The position numbers were made by a program, and so were the translations under genes. Shown in pieces: positions 40,462 to 52,344 of a DNA stretch of 64,000 nucleotides; position 1 is the stretch's first letter; the number at the start of each line of letters is the position of its first letter. Source of the DNA: Antedon mediterranea (Eukaryota > Animalia > Echinodermata). The stretch covers positions 33,415,648 to 33,479,647 of the forward strand of contig NC_092673.1 of NCBI RefSeq assembly GCF_964355755.1. Direction: 5' to 3'. Below the pieces are notes generated by a model. It worked only from the letters and a program-made list of their open reading frames with translations, ran no database searches and was not told the origin of the DNA.

Positions 40462-41752
40462 CACGAAGCGAAATCAATTCCCACTTGGTCGACTGGCGTG
40501 CTAAAACTGATATAAAACTAGCCCGGATGGAAAGTTATATTTCATATTTTATTTGAAAAAAACCCTGAGTTTGCTGTTGGAAGTATTGCACCCTGAGGAG
40601 GTGCTTATGACCCGCTTTATGACAGTAAGCTTATACCGTTTTTACGGAGAAGGAAAACAATATTTCCTCGGCTGACTTTAAAAACGGTCCTTTTGAGAAG
40701 GGATATGTTTGTCAATTGTCATAGAGATGTCACGTCAAATAATATTTTACATATTTTTGACGAATACGAATATACAGTAGTTTACAAAAGTAGGCATAGA
40801 GACAAGTTTTAGAAACAATGGACGATTTCTCATTTAAAGATGTATTGTCCCCCCCCCCCCCACCCCCCGGACAAAATCATTTTCAACATTTTTTTGTTGT
40901 TGAATATGCAATTTTAATGTCAGACAAAAATTAATAAAAACAATGGACCTAAACAAATTATATTTACCTTTAAATGAAAAATTAGTCAAATTGGATTTTT
41001 TGTTTATTTTGTCATTGTATAAATTAAAACAATGAGGTTTTTTTCTACAGATTTAAGCTTAATAGACGCGGTTGTCATAAGTTGGCATACTCTACCTGAT
41101 GGGAAAGATTATCAAGGCCCAGTTTTTATATCTTTCAAATATGTTTCTTTGATAATTTATGAATGTATGCAAAAATTCCCAGACATAGACTGATTCTCTG
41201 GTAAAACGTTGTTCATTTGTGAACATACGTTTTGTCTGACTTTGGAGAAATTATTATAAATAATATAATGGTTTGGCTGTTCGTATTTTTTGGTGTTATT
41301 TTTTTATTAATTTTTTTTTTTTTTGCGTTGGCTGCCTTCCATAATGAATTAGGTCTCGAACAATCTGTTGGCGTCAAACATTACTTGATTGTCACAATGA
41401 CAGAATGTTTCTTTAAATCATATTAGAAATAATGTCCCTTTATAGGCCTACTGCAAAATATCCACATAAAGTGTTAGCGCAGTAAATGAATGTAAATAAA
41501 TAACATAGGCCTACTCTGGCGGAATTCCTTTCCTTTTGTCTTTCAAACTATGTTTCTATCGGCCTAATTAAAGTGTTGGTTTTTATTTGGTAAGGCCTTA
41601 AAGAAATTTTACTTTCATATCAAAAAATCCATTTAATGTTTTATATTTGTTAAGCGTTAAAGCATACATGGAATACCAATATTAAAGGGAAAGTTTCAAT
41701 TTAAACGAGGCAAGAAAAATGTACTAGGCCTATGTTTCCATGACAATATAAC

Positions 41753-41910
41753 GCTCTGGCTACACTGTCAAACTGTATCTGACAACAAAATGTAATGTGC
41801 CCATATATGGACGTGATGATGTCAGTATCACTATTAGTGCATACCACTGCCATATTTGGGCACATCACACAGACATGTTTTGTCAAACTAGTTTGATAGT
41901 GTAGACAGAG
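41753..41910. mobile_element. MITE, same family as 19477-19637
   Basis: CTCTGGCTACACTGTCAAAC ... GTTTGATAGTGTAGACAGAG. Confidence 0.75.
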
Positions 41911-42299
41911 GGGACAATTGGTTGTGGTGTCTCTTTCTAGGACGTAGGCTCAGTAAAACGCAAACTTCCTTACACTCAGCACAAATAATTTGACCAATAC
42001 AATAAAGAACATGGAATGACGATCACATTTTCAATGATTCTTAAGCAAACAGATTACCAATTTATTTTGCCGCACAAAGAAAAATTAGATATTGATGTTT
42101 TAGCACGATTCAGATTTTCCTTTTTGATTTGTAAATCGAAATTAAAAGAAAAGCTCAGTAGAGGGCGTCATAAGATCGTCACAAGATACTGGAGGTATAT
42201 TCAGAGCGTCATTTCGACGATCGAGCATTCTCTACTTCTACGGAGCGCCATTTATGCCTTTATTTACTTCCGTAATAGAAATAGTACTACGGTAACTGG

Positions 42300-42850
42300 T
42301 TCAGTGGACCAAATTTAGCACCAGTGGAGCACAGTGATATAAAATAGAAATAAGTCACTAATTTTAATATCTTTTTGTATGTTAATACACTGTGCTCAAG
42401 TGTACCCAATTTGGAGCCAGTAGTGCATAGTGATATAAATAGAAACAAGTCATTTAATGTTAATATCTTTTCGTATGCTAGTACACTGTGCTCAAGTGGA
42501 CACAATTTGGCGCCAGTGGAGCACAGTGATATAGAATAGAAATAAGTCACTGAATTTTAATATCTGTTCGTATTTTAATACACTTTGCTCAATTGAACCC
42601 TATTAGGAGCCCAGTGATATAAAACAGAAATAAGTCACTGAATTTTAATATCTTTTCGTATTTTAATACACTGTGCTCAAGTTGACCCAATCTGGTACCA
42701 GGGAAGCACATTGATATAAAATAGAAATAAGTCACTGAATGTTAATATCTTTTCGTATTTTAAGACACTGTGCTCAAGTGGACCCAATTTGGCGTCAGTG
42801 GAGCACAGTGATATAAAATAGAAATAAGTCACTGAATTGTAATATCTTTA
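42300..42850 (+). repeat. About 97-bp tandem repeat, about 6 diverged copies
   Basis: Unit GTGGACCCAATTTGG..CAGTGGAGCACAGTGATATAAAATAGAAATAAGTCACTGAATTTTAATATCTTTTCGTATTTTAATACACTGTGCTCAA. Confidence 0.85.
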
Positions 42851-42854
42851 TACT

Positions 42855-43689
42855 TTAAAGGCCAGGTGCGGGCAAAAAATTTCTATTGATCATACATTCC
42901 AATAATTATCGATCTTTAGTTTCCCCTATGTTTCATATTTTTTTGGATTTTATTTGTGTTACACGAGCTTGTTGAAAATAAGCACTTTCTTATCAGTGGG
43001 GGGATAGTTCAAATTACACAGTAAAATCTCTATTCTTTTGTACACAAATTTTGTAAATAGAGAGGCATTTTAAAAAGCTATAAAAAATAAATGGTGTGGT
43101 AAAAAATGTTATCAGATGACTAAATATAGGTAATATAACTTGAATATTACATTTCTGATATTTTTATTCAACTTCAGATTTTTATTTTCATGCTATAGCA
43201 AAAATTATCCACCGTATATCCACCATCTTTTTTTACCATCTAGGGAGTCACCAGACATGTTATTACATTAGGTTAACTACCTAACTACTGAAAAAAAGTC
43301 TTCCTGGTTTTTATGGAATAATTTTGCCAAATTTTGTATTTGACCATATTAAGGGAAATTCATGTTTTTTCGTCTTAATTTTTTTTACAAATATTTGATT
43401 TATGTACAATTAACCAAATATTATATTTAAAATTCATGCCTGTACCTGAGCTTTAAAGATGTATTATCCCCCAAAAACATGAACAATGAAAATTACTAAA
43501 ATCAAACTTCTGTAGAAAGAAAAACTCCGAAACAATGTTTTCACTTATAAAAAGACAAAATAAACGGTTAAATTCAACCAAAACCTGGCAACCAATCTGA
43601 CTATTTTTGCTTTAAATGTTTTCAAGTAAATTTTTTTTTTCCGAGTATTAAAACATTTTTTTTTTTTTTGGGAGACAATATATCTTTAA
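42855..43689. mobile_element. Two abutting TTAA-flanked MITEs sharing the TTAA at 43453-43456
   Basis: TTAAAGGCCAGGTGCGGGC...GCCTGTACCTGAGCTTTAA, followed directly by TTAAAGATGTATTATCCCC...GGGAGACAATATATCTTTAA. Confidence 0.6.
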
Positions 43690-44536
43690 CTTTAATCTTT
43701 AGATTCGATTGTGAACGGTATATGTAATATGATGCATTTATTTGTAAATGTGTTCTTTCATATTAATTGGTCTGGTTTTATTATATATTAACCCACCATA
43801 TTATATTATGTTTTTTATTTACTAATTGTGTATACAATGACTGTAGCCAAATGATGTATATATTATTGGTGCTCTTTCTTTGGCTACGGTACGGTCGAGG
43901 CGGTCATTATAATGTGTGCGCATTATCCGCGTTCGTTTAAAAGGTGCGGACATTGACTATGTAGGCCAATTGAATGTGGATATCCGTAAGTTGATTGGTG
44001 GAATGTTTGTGAATATTTGAAGACGTTTGTCATGTGACACATCTTCATAACGAGGCTTTCATTCATAGGCGTATACGTACGCAGTGACGGTGTGCGTTTA
44101 TGCACATCAACAAGTGTAACGTACGGACATTGAATGTGTAGGCCGATCGGATTGGTTTGTGAATATTTTACTGTGTTTGTCATGTGACACGTCTTCATAA
44201 CCAGGCTGTCATCACAATGTGTACGCAATACATGTGAGAATGTGTGTATACGCTTAAACCTACTACATACAGAAAATGTGTAATATTTTATATTATACAA
44301 TTATTACAGGTTTCAGGTGATGTATTATTTCTTAGAATGACTTCCAAGGAATTGTAATAAAAGTTGTTACGAGATAATAAAGGATGAGAATTGATGAATT
44401 ATTATTTTAAAAGAATTTTTACATCGATTAAGCATATTTGAATACCTACCAGTATGGTACCATACATGTTCGACAATACAGTGTCACATATCTCTCTTTA
44501 CAAAAAAAAACAATATTCATTAAAAAGAAATATTCG

Positions 44537-44600
44537 TCGAGGTTCGAACCCCAGCCGATAGCACTCAAACCTGAGCATTACCCGTTACGCCACCAAGTAC
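44537..44600 (-). other. Degenerate tRNA-like Pol III head (A and B boxes)
   Basis: Minus strand TGGTGGCGTAACGGGTAATGC...GGGGTTCGAACCTCGAC. Confidence 0.5.
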
Positions 44601-44694
44601 ATGACTGAAAAGCTGATAATAGTCTATTTATACGTGTATTACGTAATTGATCCTTACGTCATAAATATCCTATTAACCTTGCTAAAACCAAAAT

Positions 44695-44960
44695 GATCAG
44701 TTAGCTCAGTCGTCTGAACGTCGTGTTAACAACACGTATGTCGTGGGTTCGATTCCCACGCTGGTCGGTGGAATAGAGTTAAGGCTATGCGAGCCACTGT
44801 GTTTGAGGTTCATAGCATTATACGTCCCCCTTTCCACCACACATCTTGAGAAGGCACTAGCAATGCATCTGGTAATGATGTGGTGGAAACGAACCCAAGG
44901 CTGCTGTAGAGGGCCTTAGTGCTGAGGCAAGGAGAGCACAATTTTTACTCTTTTTTTTTG
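44695..44960 (+). mobile_element. tRNA-Ile-like head (44695-44767) with about 190-bp body ending in oligo-T; probable SINE
   Basis: GATCAGTTAGCTCAGT...GTGGGTTCGATTCCCACGCTGGTC folds as a near-cloverleaf resembling tRNA-Ile(AAT), but has anticodon AAC and a damaged D-loop. No terminator directly after the head. Confidence 0.65.
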
Positions 44961-46814
44961 GCTTTCGCTACATGTATTTGATCTCGTAAATTTTATGTTT
45001 AGCGGCCTCAATTTTAATGTAAAAAAAGGAATTAATTATCTTCGTTACGCGTTACGTGTTGAGAAGAGAATGTATCTCTCATCATAGTCTGGTATGCCGT
45101 TCGTTGTTATAAAAAATGAGTGTGTGCAGGTGTAGTGGGAAAGATGGTATTGTTAGTCATTCGCGGTCAACGCGCCCCAATGTTAAATTTATATTTTGTT
45201 AATCAATGTTGCAACATTGGTAGCGAAATGTCCGATTCTTCATAGCAGTTGGTGTGTATGGCCGCACCGTCCCAGAATAAACATGTTTTAAACAGATAGT
45301 TTGTCTCCGATGGTTTTTGTATGGGGTTAATCATGGAGTTAACTCCATGGGTTAATGGAGAGTGAAATAAGATCAAATATAGAACATTTGCAAAGATGCC
45401 GATTTCCAGACCAATTCCGCCGCCGGGCTAGGCCATAGGCATATACGAAGTCGAGTTTTTAAAGTAGAAAACCCCACCTAAAATGTTGAAGTCGCATCTG
45501 GATAGTTGAAATTTTAACATTATCATAATTATCATAGGTGACTATGTATAGTAATAAGTATAAGTAAGTGCATTTCTGGGCTATATTTTCATTGCTCTGC
45601 CTCAACCATGAATGGGCTAGTACTGGAGACTTGTTATTTAATTAATTTTATATTTCAATTAATAGGTGCACTTTCCGGGGACAAGCTCATATATTGTACT
45701 GGTGAGTCTTATATAGTTTGTTTCATTCAAATTATGTAACGCTATTTTTTCGGGCGGGAACCTACTGTATACAGCTCTTTTTTTCAAAATTGTCTTTGCT
45801 CAGCCCCAAGCATGATGGGGTACTGAAGATTCTTATGCATGTTGTTTGAAAACATAAAAGATAAATTTGAATCAATATGAATGCCAGGATGTTTCTGTTT
45901 GTCAGGTTGTGATATGGGTATATACGAAACGATATTAAAAGTAGTGACTTTTATTTCTATTTTATATCACTGTGCTACCCTGGTGCTAAATTGGGTCCAC
46001 TTGAGCAGTTACCGTAGTACTATTTTTATTATTAAAGTTAATAAAGGCATAAATGGCGCTCCGTAGAGAAGTAGAGAATGCTCCAGTCGTCAGAATGACG
46101 CTCTGAATATACCTCCTGTAGGCCTACAAACGATTAAATCAACGCATATTACATTTTTGAAAGAGTTTTAGTAGTGCGCTTATAGTGGCTCTTCTTTAAG
46201 CAGTCAGGCAGCATCTATTTTAGGCTAACTTTCAGTTTCCACTTAAAACCGCTTCTCTTCCGAATTTATTCGTATGAAACCGACAGCGCATGTGTAAAGA
46301 ATTTCTTTTCTAATATAGGTTGCGGCAAACAGGAATACTACTCTGAACAACAATGGTCTAATTTAAAATTCAGCAAACCTTTTTATTTCAAATAATTCTA
46401 TAAGCAATCAATAATATAAAAAGCTAATTATTACGGTAGCTTTTAAAAAAATGTAAAATAATTACCACAGTGACGACGACCAAAGTGGTTTACAAAAACA
46501 AAAGTTATTTTAATTAACAATATACAAACATTTTTATAATTTCAACTAAATATTTTCTGCTATTAATTCCAGTTTAGGTAATTTTCTAATTACATAGTAC
46601 AACACTACCAAAAAGAAGTGTAACATAATTATATGGAATATACCACTGGAATTTGGGGTCGGGTTAGAGAGAATGAGCAGACAATTTTGTCACACTTCAT
46701 TGTCTGATCTTCTTTAATATCGAGTCCCTGCAGATTATGGTGTATACAATTAATAATAAAAACGTATATAAACGAAATAGTTATGTTATCATATCTTAAA
46801 ATATGAGGTACAGT

Positions 46815-47466
46815 AAATACAGAGAGGATTTAGTTATAGGCCTAGATATAGGCCTCAATACAGAGAGGATTTAGTTATAGGCCTAGATATAGGCCTAAAT
46901 ACAGAGAGGATTTAGTTATAGGCCTAGATATAGGCCTCAATACAGAGAGGATTTAGTTATAGGCCTAGATATAGGCCTCAATACAGAGAGGATTTAGTTA
47001 TAGGCATAGATATAGGCCTAAATACAGAGAGGATTTAGTTATAGGCCTAGATATAGGCCTAAATACAGAGAGGATTTAGTTATAGGCCTAGATATAGGCC
47101 TAAATACAGAGAGGATTTAGTTATAGGCCTAGATATAGGCCTAAATACAGAGAGGATTTAGTTATAGGCCTAGATATAGGCCTAAATACAGAGAGGATTT
47201 AGTTATAGGCCTAGATATAGGCCTAAATACAGAGAGGATTTAGTTATAGGCCTAGATATAGGCCTAAATACAGAGAGGATTTAGTTATAGGCATAGATAT
47301 AGGCCTAAATACAGAGAGGATTTAGTTATAGGCCTAGATATAGGCCTAAATACAGAGAGGATTTAGTTATAGGCCTAGATATAGGCCTAAATACAGAGAG
47401 GATTTAGTTATAGGCCTAGATATAGGCCTAAATACAGAGAGGATTTAGTTATAGGCCTAGATATAG
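46815..47466. repeat. 41-bp minisatellite, 16 near-identical copies
   Basis: Unit AATACAGAGAGGATTTAGTTATAGGCCTAGATATAGGCCTA, with only two variable positions. Confidence 0.97.
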
Positions 47467-47943
47467 ATGATGTACTTTCAATGGACTGGAAATATTACTA
47501 AGAAAAGTAGAATCTTCGTGTGTACGAGAGTTTCGATTATCTTGGTATATTACCATACCTGACGTGAATTTTCTAAACCAGCCCAGCCGTTATAAGCATT
47601 TTATAAAGCTTGGTTATCAATTGGACGCAACGCAACGGCGTAGGTACAACCGCAAGCAAGTTGACCAAGCACAAGTGACAGTTCGGATGATCCGCCGCGT
47701 CCTGATTGGTCAAATTACTTGCAGCGCGCTTGGTGCTTGTGTTGCGCTTCCAAGGACGAACCTAGCTTAATTTTAAACCCATCTCTCTTTTATTCAAGAC
47801 TGTTAGGCCCTATGCGTTTTTTATAATACTAAGATTAAGAAGAAAGATTTACCAAAATGAGATCATGGAATGGAGACGATTGAACATGAGAGGATTTGAG
47901 AAAAGCAGAAATTTGATTTAATTGTAATTAACACTGTAAAATA

Positions 47944-50900
47944 TTAAACTTCAGTATCTTCACCATCTGAATATTCTCGATTAAGAACTACGTGATCCTG
48001 ATTGTCACTTATTCCATTTTCTACGTTTCCATTTAATTCGCCAGCATCTTCTCCATTTTCCATAAACTTTAAACTGACAGATGATGACCTTTCCTTGACT
48101 TCCTGATCATATTCGTCTTCCTGAACTACCTCCTCTCCCTCGTCATAATCTTGCTTGCTGCTTTGATCGTCATCAAACTCTTCCATGTCGCCTATACCAT
48201 TCAATTGTTCCCAATCTTCTTCGCTTAACTTATTCGCTAAACTTCCTTCCTCGTGCAGTTCCCCATTATTATATTCTGCTTTAATAACCTCCTGTTGTAC
48301 AACGTCTTCTGAAATTACATCCGTCCCAACCGCGTCGCTAGCTGCGCGTTTAACGCTTTCTTCTCGTTTTCGTACAATCTCCTCAGCTTTCCTTTTTGAC
48401 GGTGTTCGCGTCAACGGTGAGCGTTCATGTTCCGGTTCTGGTTCGGACTCTGGGTCTGACTCGGGCTCTTCTTTAACATCTAATGATACGTTAACTTTGT
48501 TAGCAGGAACGTTCTTTTTATATTCACCCGGCATGTTTCCATTACCTATAGGCTTGTAATGCGCTACAATAACATATTTATTTTTGTTCCTCATTTTGGC
48601 TTTAGCGACTCCAAAGTCGGTGGAATTTTTCCAAACCATTTGTGTGAAGTGACTGGTATCTGTGGAACAAAAAAAAAGGCATGCATTAATATCAAATATT
48701 GTTGATTTATTAAATAAATAACCAAAGATGCCAATACAAGATTTTGTGAGATAGCTAGAAACTTGATATTTAGTGTCTTTAATGGGATAGAAAAAGAGAC
48801 AAAAACTGAAGTTTTAGGTTACATCATCCAAGATACGATTGTATTTTATTACACGATGAAGACTAGTCTAGGTTCCATACTTTTTTATATAACAAGATAA
48901 ATATTTTGGCAAACATGACGTTTCATACGTAAAATACTTTATCTCACGAAGAAGCGTGGGGCGTGCAAGTCTAGATATAGACGTTTAACCAATCAGAAAC
49001 AGAGCAGTCAAACAGCACCCGGATGTTAAATATTTTCCGCTCGTCTTTTTGAACGTGTAAGAAACATCAAAAAACGGGCAAAGAACTTAAACTTCTTTGG
49101 AAACATTGTGGAGAAACGAACAATAAAGAAAACAATTATGTTTTATATTGCAAATTTTACCTGGATTTTAAAACTACTTTTTACAAGAGAGATGTCTGTT
49201 ACATGGAGACTGCCACAGACATAGAATGAATGGTGAGTAGGCACTTCATTTTGTATTCAGAATGCCTATGTTAACACTATGGGATATGACCGGTTGGGCC
49301 GCCGACAAGTTGAGCCGCCGGTGATTTCTATGAAACGCCCAGTGCATGCGTCTTTTACGACATTTCGCGTAGTGATTAGGATGTTGTCCTAGCCTAGTAG
49401 CCTACACAAGTTCATGGTCTTGGTTTATTGGTCATGAAAATGAATAATATATAATTACATATTACAATTTACAACAAAGCAAAGGAAAGTAGTAATATTT
49501 AATAATTTAATTGTTTTAATCTTTCGAGGAAAAAATTCAGTGCACTCATAATTTTTCTCGCGTGTAGGCCTAGGCCTACTACCACGTAAAGCTTTACGTG
49601 GTATATATGTTATGCGCGATTTGAACGATTTGCGCAATTTGAAATTGCGCAAAAAAAATCCTTGCGCAATTTGAATTGAAACATGTGTTTCAAATTGCGC
49701 AAGCAACGTATTAAATTGCGCAAGTAATCTGCAAATTGCGCAAGGTTTTTCGACAGATTGTGAAATCATGCACACCCATATTTTTATAGTAATTTCTAAG
49801 AATGATTCAAAATTAAAGATAAATATCGCATTTCCTTATTTTAGTAGTGCAAATATTGTTATAAGTTAGCATACCGTCGAAGAACCGACGAAGGAAAACG
49901 AAGCGGTGGTGTTCCACCAGGCGGGCGCGGCGCGGGCTGCCGGCTATACTACTCTAGCCTAGCTAGGGTCTGGACTACTGATACTGACTAGGTTACATGG
50001 CCTAGCTTAAACTAATATTAAAAACTTAATTTTTACATTTATTTTGATTTATTTCAAGTTACAGTGATAATATTATTTAATTGTAATAATAAATGTTATG
50101 TATTTATTATACACATGTTATCTTCGCATTTATTATGTTTTATTTTGAGTTATTTAGTTTCCAATAAATTATTATAATACCCATTGTCTGGTAGAATTTT
50201 GTTGCGCAATTTGAAAATTTACAGTTCGTTTTCAAATTGCGCAAAGGTGTCATATTGCGCAAGAACTATCTTGCGCAATTTACAAATTGTGCAGCGCAAT
50301 TTAAAATTGCGCAAAGATTTTCTTGCGCAATTTGAAATTGCGCAAGTTGATTGCGCAATTTGAAATTGCGCAAAAAAATCCTTGCGCAATTTTAAATTGC
50401 GCAAGAATTCTTTGCGCAATTTTAAATTGCGCAAGAATTTTTTTGCGCAATTTCAAATTGCGCAAATCGTTCAAATCGCGCATAACATATAGTTAGTAGG
50501 CCTACACGCGAGAAAAATTAAGTCACGTTGTCTCTCAGGACTAATTAATAGAGTATTAACATTCTTCGAATGAGGTTAAATAAATACTATTTTTTATTTA
50601 CTAATCTTTTAATATAATATTTTATTGAATTTTACAATTTTAATACACAAAATATTTTACTAAAAAACGTGATTTTATGTAATTATTTTACCGAAAAATG
50701 GAGTAGGCCTAGCCTAGTTCATACAACTGCCGACTGCTGAGGGGCAACATGTTTACGTCATTTTTGGCTAAAAACGATCACTTTCGGTGATATATATTTT
50801 GGAATCTACAAGCAAGATTTTCATAATTATTTAAATATAATATTTAATAATGTATATACTAAAAACCATGATATATAAACTTTTGAATGTACATCGTTAT

Positions 50901-52344
50901 CCCTATATATAAATAGAACGAGCACCGGCGGAAAGTTAGCATTTGGCGTTCCATAGAAATAACGTTTTTCTGGCGGCGGCTCAAAATTGTCGGCGGCTCA
51001 ACTTGGCCTAATCCAAAACTATGTGACCGTGCCGAACATGTTGATGGCGTAGGCTAATTCGCTGACCTGACACCGGGTCAGACTACTTTAAGCATAGCCT
51101 ACATACACAGGGCCTAGAAACATATCCTAATTAATTACTGAGAATTTAATAGACCGCTCCTAAACTGCTGTCATTGGCGCTAATGACAAATAGTATATTT
51201 GAAAAGTACGTTTTAAGAAACCTAATAGGCCTAGCCTAGGCTAGGCCCTATTTTTGTACGTCAAAACAAATTTCATATCAGGCCTAGCTAGCCCAGGCCT
51301 AGGCTAATTCGTCTAACCTCGTTCAAATACTTACTATATTGCCACATAGGCATGTCAAACTTGTAGGCATCTACTTCTTCAAGCCACGATTCCACAACCT
51401 GACTTCCAGACACATTTTCTTTGTCTTCGGTTATCAAAATATTCTCACCATAAACTAATAATATACAAACATAAAAATAATACAATTATTAAAATCGATG
51501 TGTGGTGTTAAAAATGGCTTAATATTTGTTGTTTATTAATATAATTACAACCCAATGACGTTTCGATTAAATCTTTTTTTAACAATAAATTGTACTGGTG
51601 AAGGGGTAGTTTTGCCCGCTTGCTCTGTTAATTGTTCTTTGTTTTACGTTATCGTTTTGATTTAGCTTTTTGCTTATTTTATTTTGTACTCCATTGAGAT
51701 CCAGCCACGGATACGTACCCACACCATTATCAGTTTTCAATAATGTGCCTTTGGATTTAATAAATCGTAATCAATTAAATTAATTCATTATACATATCTG
51801 GTTAATACAGTAACTTAAACCACTGATAAGTTGTGATTAGGCCTACAGGTATTTTATTATCAGTCAATGAGTAGGTGTACTGTATAAAACTTAGATGATG
51901 AGGATTTAGCCAAAACTGATAGAGTAAGGTCTACCGCGGAATTAAAAACATGTTTGAAAGATAGTGTTCACAAACTTGTTAGAGCTGTGCATTATGCAGT
52001 ATTATGATTGATTTGTGGGAGCCAGTTAGTATTTGCCTCCAATAGAAACTAAGAAAACATCAAAGATAATGCAAAACTCTAAGTATAGTATAATAAGAAA
52101 CAAAAGTGAAAAGATTGCCAATATTAGGGTCATTCTTTGTCTTAAGTTTGATAGGGAAAATAATAGGTAAATAATATATAATCACCTCTATTTTCACTAT
52201 GTTGTAAATATCCTTTGTTTGCCAGTTTTTTTGCCCATTCTTTAGCAGTGGTGGCAGCGTCATCAGACCAGTTCATTTGTGGAATACCAAATTCCTCTCG
52301 CACTGTATTATGAGCCGTCAGACAGGCTGATTGAAACTTGTTGG
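47944..52344 (-). CDS. CAP/SCP domain exons (Golgi-associated plant pathogenesis-related protein 1-like) and acidic C-terminus
   Basis: FQSACLTAHNTVR..MNWS..AKEWAKKLA..LQHS / YGENI..VESWLEE..Y / SHFTQMVWKNSTDFGVA..VIVAHYKPIGN. The His-Glu-Glu-His tetrad is present and there is no signal peptide. Confidence 0.92.

Noticed and set aside
44695-44767. Functional tRNA-Val(AAC) gene
   Set aside because: D-loop GG is missing, the top anticodon pair is mismatched, the body is Ile-type and there is no immediate terminator; better read as a SINE head.
46815-47466. CRISPR array (also considered for 61834-62163)
   Set aside because: Head-to-tail repeats with no unique spacers, no cas genes, eukaryotic context.
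48950-49240. Antisense promoter and exon (GC box, CCAAT, ATG|GTGAGT) inside the CAP intron
   Set aside because: No downstream exon found and it abuts TE sequence; not supportable without transcripts.
49455-50483. ORFs with repeated LRNFKLRK/AQF motifs
   Set aside because: Translation artefacts of the TTGCGCAA repeat arrays.
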